Notes under the pieces: generated by a model
What the model saw: only the letters and a program-made list of their open reading frames with translations
What the model was told of the DNA's origin: nothing
Databases searched by the model: none
Made by a program: the position numbers and the translations under genes
Part shown: positions 36,201-46,299 of the stretch, in pieces
How the letters are laid out: every line of letters starts with the position of its first letter
Position numbering within the stretch: the first letter of the stretch is position 1
NCBI GenBank assembly: GCA_965644265.1
Contig: OZ286473.1
Coordinates: 22,382,001-22,446,000 of the forward strand
Source of the DNA: Glycera tridactyla
Taxonomy: Eukaryota
Direction of reading: 5' to 3'
Length of the DNA stretch: 64,000 bases

Positions 36201-39200
36201 TAGCTTTCCTTCTTGTTCCATGGATGCAAAGTGCATGCTTTTGGAGATTGTTGAATGGCAACTAGTTCCGAGGAAATTTCAGTAAAATCTGCAGTGAGAG
36301 ACTGCTTTGATTAGCACCCAAACTAGACTTTTCGAGAGAAAAAAAGTGGTCACGCGTTCTAGGTATATTTGACTATGTCAATTAGGAGGACTGTCCTGTG
36401 AAGGTCATCTTAGACAGAGATATTCTCTCGTCACAGGTTTCACTGTATATTCATGTTTCTTTTTTTTGCTAACTGTTTTTGAGTCGTTGGCTGTTCAATT
36501 GTTACTTTGCCATCCCTTCATGAAATGTCATTTTTGATATTTCAGGGCAACTCATGGGTAGGTCACGCATGAGTGATTGCTCATCAACTGCTAACCATAT
36601 GTGAGCAGTTTCAGTGCTCATTGAGCAACTTATACACTATTTTCCTCAAAATAAGTAATCAAAGTAATTCAAATAGTTCATAAGTGAGGTTTTTTAAGTA
36701 CCATTAACATTTAGACCTGCAATTGTCCTGTGTCATGATGAACTTGCCTGGATATGTCATCCAAGATGGCTGCCAAGGGCAAACCCCCAAATCTAGGTCA
36801 TCTTTCATGATGTTATCACAGGTGACCTGATTGCGTCATTTTTGACTCGATTACAATGACCAACCAATGTCAATCATAACACATGCAGAGGTATGATTTT
36901 CCTGATGATCATTCCCTTCTCTGGATCCTAATCAAAAGTTTAGTGTAAAAAGCTGAAAAAATTGGATGATTTCTGAATTTCTCTTTTGGTCAGTCATATT
37001 CAAGTGCATGGGTTCTCTGATGAATAAACTATTGTCATGTGTTATACAGTCAAACCTGCTTGAGAGATCACATTCATTCAAAAACTACCTGCCTACGGAA
37101 ACCATGAGGGCATTGACTCTAATAGTATTTTCAACGGTAAATGGGTCTGATTGGGTGTCATATTGCATAAAATCTACTAGGATGATTCCAAACCGATTTA
37201 TGATGAATACAAAATTTGCTTACCCGGTACTTTGGATCACATGTAACATTGCTTGCAACATCACATGATCAAGACTCCTAGGCGGAGTCGAAAAGTCGTC
37301 AAAATCGTTTCAACAATCGTTCCAAAGTAAGCGAAGATGATGTTTCAGTGCCCTTAGTGCCTGTGACATTAATTGCAGTCTAACCTATCCTAAACAGCCA
37401 CTGAACTAAGCAGCCACTTCTAAATTTATGACCGGTGGTTCTTACTATAATTCACCTGCCGTTTCAGCAGCCACTTTTTGCCCTGCCCCAGGTGGATAAA
37501 TGCCATCAAAGTCATACTAAACCAAAGCAGAGTGGCTGTTTAGAACACCATGCTCCAATGCCCATATATTACCGGGAGAGATGAGTAGTACAGTGGAACC
37601 TGTGACAAGAGATTACTCTAAATGTCAGTAAAAAAGAGATGCATAAAAAGGTGATTTCTCAACAGAGGTACTGTCAAACATTCTAAAGACCACCTCGCTA
37701 TAAAGGCCACCCTGAGCTGTGCCTGTGGTAGTATTTTCAACAGTGAATTACCTCTCTATAAAGACCACCCTATGAAGGCCACTTTTTGATTCGACTTAAG
37801 GGGGTCTTTTTAGAAAGGTTCGACTGTATTACCAGGAGAGATGAGTAGTACAGTGAAACCTGTGACAAGATATCTTACTAAATGTCAGTAAAAAAAAAGT
37901 CACCCAGAAAGGTGATCTCTTAACAAAGGTATATTTGATTATGGTATGTCAAATAGAAAAGCTGACCTGAAGAATTGGTCTCCCATTGAAGGTGGTCTCT
38001 CATAGCAGGTATCACTGTACCTTTATATAGGCAAGTTAAGGGGGTGAAGATAAGGGTACAGCATGTTAAGGTCAATATAAATTATAAGGGAGGTCTCACA
38101 TCAGATATGACGGCTAACATTCAACCTTCGGGTTTGCTCTCTGATGTTTTGATGTATTTTTCCTGCTCCGATTTGTTCTGTCACTGCTGGCATTGGTGAT
38201 TGCAGAAGAAGCGATCGTGATGCGCGGTCCATCCGATCAGAACGGCAGCGTCTTCATCAGTATGTTACTGTACATGCATATTATCAGTTACTCAACGTTA
38301 GAATTCTGAAACCAGATCCAGGGACTCGATCGCACCCGCCAGAAACCTTGCCAGTCATCAGTGAATCTTGGGATAGTTTTCTTGAAACTTCAGTCTTTGG
38401 ACTTAGTACATTGAGATTTTGATGAGTTTTAAGGAAAAACGCTCGATGAAGTACATGTATGTGCATCAATAAAATCAATATGACCATTCCTCAAGAAAGG
38501 ATTGAGTTGTGATTTTAGTTTTACGGGCAAAAATTCTGTGTTGAAAGTCATGGTTCGAGCTGTTGTTTTCTCTTGGAAAAACAAATTTGATTTCGATATG
38601 TGTTGGATCACCGAAACATGGCTAGCTTCTACCTTGGCTATATTTCTTGGGTAGCACACTGTACTGGTATATCCTGGGAGTGCTGCTATTGTCTTTAATG
38701 ATATCTCACCATTGGAAATTCACATTCATAAATTCATCCCGTATCAGAGGCTTGTAGTAATATGTCATGTGAATCAATACTTGGTAAAATACTGATGAAT
38801 AGATGTTCGGCTGAACAGTGTTCATGCATTATCCCGGACTTGAAAGTGGCCCAAAATCTGGATCAGACTTGTGAAAGAAATTTCCCTGGATTTGAAAAAT
38901 ATACTTTGCCATTCTCAGGAAGCCTCAAATATCTTATCAACCTCCCGGTAGGTCCTGAAAATTGGGTTTGTCGAGTCCTATGATTCCGAGAAAAAAATTG
39001 ATTAATTGCAACCTAAAAGCCAGTTGTGAGATGTGGTTATTCCTGTTGTCATGAATATTAATCTCTTAATTAGGTATTGGCTCAGAATTCTAACATTCGT
39101 CTTCCGTTTAGTGTGGATAGTCGTAATTTTGGTGTCTTTTCCTTTAATTGTCCCCCGCAGGAACACCGGAAGGGGGACTATAAAATAGTGGGCGTCTGTC

Positions 39201-42200
39201 CGTCTGTCCGTCCGTCCGTCCGTCCGTCCGTCCGTGCGTCCCTTGTCCGTCCGGTGTCCGTCCGGTGTCTGTCCGCGCACGCCAACTTTGCGGAACCTGT
39301 ATCTCTGGAACCGCTGCACCGATTCACACCAAATCAAGTTTCCTGGAAGCGTCTTGATGTGTAGGTGTGCACTGGCATGTTTATTCTGAATTTGGGCATG
39401 TGATAGCCTGCCCACGGGCAGGTGAAATGTGAAAAACTTCAGGATGTCATCAGGATTTTGCGGAACTCATATCTCCACCATGGCTGCACCGATTCACACC
39501 AAATCAAGTTTTCTGGAAGCGTCTTGATGTGTAGGTGTGCACTGGCACGTTTATTCTGAATTTTGGCATGTGATTGCCTGCCCACGGGCAGGTGAAATGT
39601 TAAAAACTTCAGGATGTCATCAGGATTTTGCGGAACTCATATCTCCACTATGGCTGCACCGATTCACACCATATCAAGTTTCCTGGAAGCGTCTTGATGT
39701 GTAGGTGTGCACTGGCATGTTTATTCTGAATTTGGGCATGTGATAGCCTGCCCACGGGCAGGTGTAATGTGAAAAACTTCAGGATGTCATCAGGATTTTG
39801 CGGAACTCATATCTCCACCATGGCTGCACCGATTCACACCAAATCAAGTTTTCTGGAAGCGTCTTGATGTGTAGGTGTGCACTGGCACGTTTATTCTGGA
39901 ATTGGGCATGTGATAGCCTGTCCACGGGCAGGTGAAATGTGAAAAACTTCAGGATGTCATCAAGATTTTGCTGAATTCATATCGATTCACACCAACTCAA
40001 GTTTCCTAGAAGTGCCGTGATGTGTAGGTGTGCACTGGCCCATTTATTCTGGCTTCTGCCATGTGATGGGCTGCCCATGGGCAGGTGAAATGTCTGAATG
40101 CTAGGCACTCCCATCCACACTTTGCAGAACTCATATCTCCACAACCGCTCCACCGATTCACACAAAATAAAGTTTTCCTGAAGCGTCCTGATGTGTAGGT
40201 ATGCACTGGCAGATTTATTACAGATTTGTACATGCAATGGGCTGCACATGGGCAGTTGAAATATCTGAAGGACTTCAATATGGCATGCACTCTTATTTGG
40301 ACTTAATGGAACTCATCTCTCTAAAACGGCTTCACCGATCCACATCGAATGAACTTTCCCTGAAGTGTCTTGATGTGTAGCTGTGCACTGACATCTTTAT
40401 CATGGGTTTGGGCAAGTGATGGGTAGCATAGGCTGCCCATTGACATTTAAAATGGTCGATGGTATGGACTTATGGGAACCCATGTAGTGTGGACTGCTGC
40501 ACCAATCCACACTGAATCAACCTTTCTGGAAGCATCTTCTTGATGGTATGCGCTGTGCAGAACCCATGCATTCAAAACAAATGCACTGATTCATACCAAA
40601 TCATATCTTATTGATCTTTCTCATTGTTCATATGTGCACTGGCACATTTATTCTGAGCTTGGGCAAGTGCTGTGCTGCCCATGGGCATACTTGAAACACT
40701 CCATAATGGCATGCACATTGTCGACCCCATATGAAGAAAACCAACACATTTTTTCTGCGCAGTTCAAGAAGCAGAGGTGCTCACTGTCATAGTCCCACAT
40801 CGGCGGGGGACCCCGCATCACTGATGCCTTGTTTGTTGTACTTGAGTGCCTCGTCATTGGTATTCGACGCACGATTCTCACTGATCTTCCTATATCATCT
40901 ACACGGAGAACATCCCGTGCTCATTTGTGCTCATTTGTTTCATTTGTGTGCCATAATCAGAGGTGCCAACTGTTATGATTTTGGATTAGTAAATACTCTT
41001 TTCAAGCCAAAATTTTGGCATTTTACTCATGATATTACTAAGATAAATAGAAATCGTTATCATTTTTGGTCATCAAAGGCTGGCATCCCTGTCTAAAGTG
41101 AAACCTGCGAGGAGAGACCACACTTGATGTCACTGAAAAGTGGTCTCCCAAAGAGGCAGTCTCTCATCGGAGGTATTATTCGACAATGTCAAGTAGAAAA
41201 GCTGTCCTGCAAAAGCGGTCTCCCGTCAGAGGTGGTCTATCGTCACAGGTTTCACTGTAATTGATAAATAGGTAACAACAATAATAATAATGGAAACATA
41301 TTTGTGCAAGGATAATCAATATTGTGTAATTATATATGTATTTTAATTTGAGAATTGAACAAATACTGGGACATCTGATGAGGGTTGATATAGCATCTTC
41401 AAATGCTCAAGATAGAGTCTACCTTTGCCTGGCAGAAAACAGTTATCGGTCAGAATCAAGTCTCCATTTTTATGGAATTGGTTTCTGGAATTCCCAGAAT
41501 TACCTCAGTTGCTCTCTAGATTCTATCAACTGTGTGAGGTTGATAGCTGCATTGATAACGATTGAAGTTTGGTTCGTTGTATTCTGCTTGAAATATTAGC
41601 TTTTATCAAGTCACAGTTCCACATATGACTTGCCATTTGAATGTTCATGGGCAGTGCCCTCACTATGTTTACAACACTTGACAGGGCTCTATGCTAGGGT
41701 TGCCCTACTGGCACAGGCAGGTGGATTTGTTGATAGTATATCTGAGCAGAAAAGCCACTCCAAAAAACAGCCTCTCATCATAGGTGGTCTCTCGTTGGGG
41801 TTATTGTTGCAGGTTCTACTGTATTGTATGAAGAAATTAATCAAATAACTGGAAAGTTGATCATAACGATCGTAACATTGTGGCTAGAAGCTCTAGCTTT
41901 CGACAGAAAATGAACTCTTGTAGCAGTCACATTCTACTGTATTGATTATGGGCCCAACACTACTGTGAAAGCTGCACACCCTTGAGTTCACCCAAAAGCA
42001 TCGGATGTCTTTCTGCAGGTTTTATTGTACAGTATTGATTATTGACTCACCACTACTACATAGATCACTTTTATTATGTTCATGTTGTGTAGTTAGAGGT
42101 GTGTCTGAACTGTCAGCTACAGTGAAACCTGCGAAGAGAGACCGCCCTAAATGCTACCAAAAGGCGGTCTCTCAAAAGAGGTGGTCTCTCGTCGGAGGTA

Positions 42201-45200
42201 AATTTGACTATGTCAAATAGAAAAGCTGCCCTGGAAAAGCGGTCTCCAGTCGGAGGTGGTCTATCATCGGGGGTCTCGCGTCGCAGGTTCCACTGTACTT
42301 CCACTTGACAGCCATTCAGGTTCCCCATCATCTTGTGTTTGGGGTTTGTGAGAGTGATGTCTGCAGGGGAGAGAAGATCTAGCTCTCATTGACCAGGGAC
42401 ACACGGCATACATACACCTTTCGGTTGATACATGCCGTTAACCATCGACCAATCAATCAATCACTTTCCAAGCTTCTGTTTCAATGGTGGAGAGTTGACC
42501 GCTTGACATCCAGTCAGCATAAGTACACAGATATACTGACCACACGGATAAATGGCCATGGTTGTATGCGGTCAAACCTGCACCAGAGACCACCCCTATA
42601 CAAAGACCACCCTGGCCAGTGACAGCTGTAGTATTTTCATCTTCGAAAATTGGACTACCTGCAGGTGGTTGCTTTAGAGAGGTGATGTTCAGTGAAAATA
42701 CTGTCATAGTCAGTATGTTCAGTGGTCTTTGCAGACTGGGGGTCTCATTTATATGAGTTTGGCTGGTAATACAGTCGAACCTCCTCTGAAGACCTCCTCT
42801 CTATAAAGACCACCCTGAGCTGCGGCCGTGGTAGAATTTTCAACAGGAAATGACCTCCCTATAGAAACCACCTCCCTATGAAGGCCACTTTTTTATGCGA
42901 CCGGAAGCGGTCTTTATAGAGAGGTTCAACTGTACTGCCATAGTCATTATGTTCAGTGATCTTTGCAGACAGGCGGTCTATCCACAGAGAATAGAAGGCA
43001 TTTATATGAGTTTGGCTGGTTATGTATTCCCAATACACAGCCTGACACTTGTAGACACTTAGGTAACAATGTTGGTGATTTTGGATATGTTTCCATAGCA
43101 ACCAGATCTTGATAGCATTGATGGATGGCACCAGATTCCCAGTTACACTCTACTTGCTCATGTCTATTTATTTTTGCCTCTGTCTCCATGTAGCTTTTTA
43201 TATTATTGTACCAAAATGCACGGGTGGTGGTGAAGATGAATGTTTCACAATACGCACAATTTATGTATTTCTTTTTCTGTGAAAAATCTGTTGTGATTCC
43301 TAATATGCCTTCTTGCTTATTCATTCAATAATCAATTGTGGGGACCATCTACCCCCGTTTTTTTTTTTTTGCAACTCCATAATGCAGTCTGAAAATTACC
43401 ATAATCGCCTTGAAAAAGATCCGATGTCAAGAACAAAATACCCATGCTTTAGCAAGCTTCAGTTCCCCCTGTGATGGCAACTCTTTTGTGGTACCCAGCT
43501 TTGCAAATCTGCTCCCATTTCTTTATCGAGGTCATCGCAAATGTAAGTTCTTAGGTTTGCATGTTTACATGGTTTCTATATACAGCCTCATGAACCCTTT
43601 GAAACCTTGGAAATGCCCTTGCATTTGAAAACTGCAATTTCAACTCTAGAAAAGCCTATCAATTTGATTCACATCCCTGGTTAATGCCACAGTTTCCCTA
43701 TTTGCCGCAGAAAATTCATTGTAAATGAATATCAAGATGATATCATGTGTCATAGCAAGAAGTGTTTTCTTCATGAATTGGCAGAGGAAAGGTGTGGGCG
43801 ATGAAGAAGTTCTAGGTGGGCTTACGAAGACTTCTATAGCAAAAAAACTCTGGTATCAACGCTCGATACCTCAAATATCCTTGAGAATGATAAATATGGA
43901 ATATTTGAGCACAGCAGCTGCACCTTATTTTCTGATGAATACGAACCTATCTCATGTTATTCACCCTATTCATTTAGCTGAATTCAAGTTTGATATTTAA
44001 GAGTGTTCAAACCCATATCTCTTGTCATGAAACTGTCTCCCAATGTAGCACTTGAATGAATCTTTTGGTTAGCCTCATAGTTGCTATTCAAGTACAAGCT
44101 TAGGCAAGTCGTCACTTTGTACCTGTAATTATGGATGAAAAACTGTCCGACAAATCAACAAACTGGCTTCAGATGAAGTTCCTGTACTGGCCATCATAGT
44201 TCTGTATTCGTTTTTCTTCTACATTGTGAGCTTGATGAAATGTTTTGCTTCAAATTTGGAGGTAACGAATAGATACATGTATAGCTGATTATAATGAGAT
44301 CATCTGCAGTTATTCCATACAAAACATCCTTCAATTTTTGATCAGTTATCAACTTGCATGATCGATTGATCGAATTGGACCTCTTAACAAGGCAATAATC
44401 GATATAATCAGGTAATCTTCAAAGCACTACAGTGCCTTTATTGCGCTGTAATTTCCTTTAATTAGATGATTTTGGGATTTGTATCTCCAAAAACTGCGCT
44501 TTACACAGGTTTTCAGTGTTTTGTGGACAAATCACATTCCTGAGCTATACAGTCAAACCTGTCTATAAAGGCCACCTTCGGTCGCTTTAAAAAGTAGCCT
44601 TGATAGGCAGGTGGCCTTCACGGAGAGGTAATTTCCTGTTGGAAATACTATCATGGTCACAGCTCAGGATGACCCTGAAAGAGAAGTGGTCTCTCAAGTA
44701 GGTCCGACTGCACAGTCAAACCTCTCCAAAAAGATTGCATAAAAAAGTGGCCTTTGTAGACAGGTGTTATTTATAGAGAGGTCATTTCCTTTCAGAAAAT
44801 ACTATCATGGTCACAGCTTAGAGTGGCCTTTATAGGCAGGTGGTCTTTATAAAGAGGTGGTCTATCGAGCAGGTGCGACTGTACTTGTTTTCATCCTCTA
44901 TAAAGATCGCATCAAAGCGTGACCTTTATAGGCAGGTGGCCAACTGTTGAAAATACTACCACAGTCATCAGCTCAGGATGGCCTTCATTTAGGCAGGTGG
45001 ACTTCATAAAGAGGTGGTCTCTCGAGCAGGTTCGACTACTTGTTTTCATCATGCTAGCGTGATCTCTTAACGCTGATGTTGTTGATTTCCGATGTTGTAG
45101 GAGATGACAAAGATGCGGAGGGACAGAATGTGTGGGATAACGAGGAGGAAGGCGTCGCCTACAGCTACAGCTTCTTCCACTTCATGTTTGCTCTCGCTTC

Positions 45201-46299
45201 TCTCTACGTCATGATGACCCTCACCAACTGGTTCAAGTAAGTGTGTGTGGGGAAGGGGGGAGGNNNNNNNNNNNNNNNNNNNNNNNNNNNNNNNNNNNNN
45301 NNNNNNNNNNNNNNNNNNNNNNNNNNNNNNNNNNNNNNNNNNNNNNNNNNNNNNNNNNNNNNNNNNNNNNNNNNNNNNNNNNNNNNNNNNNNNNNNNNNN
45401 NNNNNNNNNNNNNNNNNNNNNNNNNNNNNNNNNNNNNNNNNNNNNNNNNNNNNNNNNNNNNNNNNNNNNNNNNNNNNNNNNNNNNNNTATTTAGGAGCCA
45501 GCTGTTGATATTTCTGGTAGCAGCTGGCAAATGTTGGGAGCTAGTAAATACATTGCCAATTACAAACTCTGCGGTTTGCTCACTAACCTTCAGAGTATGG
45601 TAGGTAGCCAGAGGGTAAATTTGGCAGCCATTTTCTACCCACNNNNNNNNNNNNNNNNNNNNNNNNNNNNNNNNNNNNNNNNNNNNNNNNNNNNNNNNNN
45701 NNNNNNNNNNNNNNNNNNNNNNNNNNNNNNNNNNNNNNNNNNNNNNNNNNNNNNNNNNNNNNNNNNNNNNNNNNNNNCAGAGGACATGGGTCAGACACCC
45801 ATAAGAAACACAATGTTGCCATGAAAAGTGTGTGTGTGTGGGGGGGGGGGGGAGAATGTGAGTTTGTATGAATTTTGTGGGATGTGGGTATGTATTGATG
45901 AACAGTCAAACCTGTTCCAAGCAGGCAAAAAGCGGCTGCTCAGAGCAGCTGAATTATAGTGGAGGAACCTCTGATGGGAAATTCAAAAGTGGCTGCTTAG
46001 GACAGGTGGCTGCTTAGGACAGGTTAGACTGTAATTCTTCATTACACAATGTTCATGTCTCGATGCGAGAGGTTCATGAAGAGTTGTGAAATCATATGGC
46101 GCTTAGATTCACCTTTAGCGATGAATCAAACTCAAAAATCGATATGAATTTGAATTGCAGGCCAAGCAGTGACCTGCAGACCATGACTGCAAACGAGCCG
46201 GCGATGTGGGTGAAGATCTCGTCCAGCTGGGCCTGTATCGCCATCTACATGTGGACCCTCATCGCGCCAGTCGTGCTCAGCGACCGTGACTTCGATTAA
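8439..46299 (+). CDS. SERINC: SERINC/TMS1 family serine incorporator (lipid scramblase-like multi-pass membrane protein), complete multi-exon gene: 9 constitutive 5' exons, one of 4 mutually exclusive exons, 2 constitutive 3' exons; about 457-463 aa
   Basis: Exons splice with consistent phases into one ORF: 1016 nt + 83 + 136 + 139 = 1374 nt, i.e. 457 aa plus stop. It carries hallmark SERINC motifs: [81 protein letters not shown] and a C-terminal RDFD*. The paralogue (SERINC1/3-like) cannot be assigned. Confidence 0.97.
8699..8775. repeat. 27-bp tandem repeat x3 in SERINC intron 1
   Basis: ggtgttgaatatacacctgtcaYactg at 8701, 8728 and 8755. Confidence 0.9.
10352..10516 (+). CDS. SERINC: SERINC exon 2 ([55 protein letters not shown])
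   Basis: tttttatttggcag acceptor, GTAAGT donor, 165 nt, Cys-rich SERINC N-terminal motif. Confidence 0.96.
10948..11141 (+). CDS. SERINC: SERINC exon 3 (IPGLCKG...[13 protein letters not shown]...[10 protein letters not shown])
   Basis: tttatttccag acceptor, GTAAGC donor, 194 nt, ends in phase 2. Confidence 0.96.
11147..11367. mobile_element. MITE of the CAGGGCTTGAC family (5-bp TSD); other copies at 14978-15191, 27948-28172, 31374-31594
   Basis: TIR cagggcttgac/gtcaagccctg. TSDs: ATCAT (14978), GCAAG (27948), TCTTA (31374), GTAAG/ATAAG (this copy). Confidence 0.82.
12016..12095 (+). CDS. SERINC: SERINC exon 4 ([26 protein letters not shown])
   Basis: ttcag acceptor, GTAAGT donor, 80 nt, phase 2 to 1. 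Confidence 0.96.
12225..12731. mobile_element. hAT-like MITE with 6-bp TSD; related copy at 35119-35497
   Basis: TIR cagggttc(a/g)tac / gtacgaac(a/c)ctg; TSD GCAGGT here and ATTAGC at 35119. Confidence 0.8.
16610..16747 (+). CDS. SERINC: SERINC exon 5 ([45 protein letters not shown])
   Basis: tttttatag acceptor, GTGAGT donor, 138 nt, phase 1 to 1. Confidence 0.97.
17210..17295 (+). CDS. SERINC: SERINC exon 6 ([28 protein letters not shown])
   Basis: tttttgcag acceptor, GTGAGT donor, 86 nt, phase 1 to 0, TM helix. Confidence 0.95.
18077..18173 (+). CDS. SERINC: SERINC exon 7 ([32 protein letters not shown])
   Basis: ttgcag acceptor, GTGAGA donor, 97 nt, phase 0 to 1. Confidence 0.96.
19312..19398 (+). 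CDS. SERINC: SERINC exon 8 ([28 protein letters not shown])
   Basis: ttgcag acceptor, GTAAGT donor, 87 nt, phase 1 to 1. Confidence 0.96.
19622..20855. mobile_element. PIF/Harbinger-like non-autonomous element with a CpG-rich core
   Basis: TIR gggctattccattta / taaatggaatagccc, TAA TSD on both sides, C-rich subterminal repeats. Confidence 0.8.
21276..21411 (+). CDS. SERINC: SERINC exon 9 ([11 protein letters not shown]...[19 protein letters not shown]), ends phase 2
   Basis: ttcag acceptor, GTAGGT donor, 136 nt. Confidence 0.96.
22869..23461. mobile_element. MITE with TIR (t/c)agggctgccaa and 6-bp TSD ATGGTA
   Basis: atggta|tagggctgccaa...ttggcagccctg|atggta. Confidence 0.82.
25221..25336. 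mobile_element. Tc1/mariner-like MITE (TA TSD, TIR CAGTCGAACC); abundant family with relatives at about 217-480, 10713-10874, 15768-15945, 19088, 36027-36131, 37590-37830, 42120-42296, 42772-42932, 44550-45040, 50963-51140
   Basis: ta|cagtcgaacc...ggttcgactg|ta with internal agaggtggtctttata repeats. Confidence 0.82.
25732..25814 (+). CDS. SERINC: SERINC mutually exclusive exon 10A ([27 protein letters not shown])
   Basis: tttgcccttgaag acceptor, GTGAGT donor, 83 nt, phase 2 to 1. Closest to the vertebrate IRTSNNSQVNKLTL segment as I recall it. Confidence 0.9.
26715..26891 (+). mobile_element. Tc1/mariner-like MITE; inverted near-identical copy at 29046-29209
   Basis: ta|cagtgaaacctg...caggtttcactg|ta; the reverse complement of 29046-29209 aligns along nearly its whole length. 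Confidence 0.85.
27505..27587 (+). CDS. SERINC: SERINC mutually exclusive exon 10B ([27 protein letters not shown])
   Basis: ttcttttgtgtgtag acceptor, GTGAGT donor, 83 nt, phase 2 to 1. Confidence 0.87.
28380..28474 (+). CDS. SERINC: SERINC mutually exclusive exon 10C ([31 protein letters not shown])
   Basis: cctttgcctcctgtacag acceptor, GTGAGT donor, 95 nt, phase 2 to 1. Confidence 0.88.
30308..30399 (+). CDS. SERINC: SERINC mutually exclusive exon 10D ([30 protein letters not shown]); alternative end at 30408
   Basis: ACTAAC branch-like motif near 30249, pyrimidine tract, ctgctag acceptor. Donor GTATGG at 30400 or GTAAGA at 30409. 92 or 101 nt, phase 2 to 1. Confidence 0.86.
32270..34560. 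repeat. 30-bp GC-rich minisatellite (gggtacagatggggccaggctgcagtaatg)n, split by the 33222-34191 insertion
   Basis: About 30 copies to the left of the insertion and a more degenerate block at 34192-34560. Confidence 0.95.
33222..34191. mobile_element. 970-bp DNA-transposon derivative inserted in the minisatellite, 6-bp TSD AGATGG
   Basis: agatgg|cagtctgcg...cacagactg|agatgg; subterminal cgggctag repeats. Confidence 0.8.
34936..34968 (+). CDS. Candidate SERINC cassette exon, 33 nt ((D)[10 protein letters not shown])
   Basis: gattttttcag acceptor, open in the phase-1 frame, length 3n; the GTATAG donor is weak. Confidence 0.4.
36546..36557 (+). CDS. Candidate SERINC 12-nt micro-exon ((G)QLM)
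   Basis: tttttgatatttcag|GGCAACTCATGG|gtaggt; phase 1 to 1; upstream GCTAAC and a U-rich tract. Confidence 0.55.
37282..37326 (+). CDS. Candidate SERINC cassette exon, 45 nt ((G)[14 protein letters not shown])
   Basis: ctcctag acceptor with a weak pyrimidine tract, GTAAGC donor, phase 1 to 1, open, Ser/Lys-rich and CpG-rich like the real exons. Confidence 0.5.
38206..38259 (+). CDS. Candidate SERINC cassette exon, 54 nt ([17 protein letters not shown])
   Basis: About 100-nt AG-free zone with GCTAAC near 38110, tgcag acceptor, GTATGT donor, phase 1 to 1, C-ending codons like the constitutive exons. Confidence 0.68.
39148..40815 (+). mobile_element. Helentron-associated (HINE / DINE-1 / pearl-like) element containing 170-bp tandem repeats
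   Basis: 5' gtccccc...gggggactata hairpin/subTIR, (CCGT)n microsatellite, core repeats at 39314/39484/39654/39824 (period 170) then degenerate copies, 3' atagtccc...gggggac hairpin. Confidence 0.75.
45101..45236 (+). CDS. SERINC: SERINC exon 11 ([45 protein letters not shown])
   Basis: gttgtag acceptor, GTAAGT donor, 136 nt, phase 1 to 2. Confidence 0.97.
46161..46299 (+). CDS. SERINC: SERINC last coding exon ([45 protein letters not shown])
   Basis: ttgcag acceptor, TAA stop, canonical SERINC C-terminus. Confidence 0.97.
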
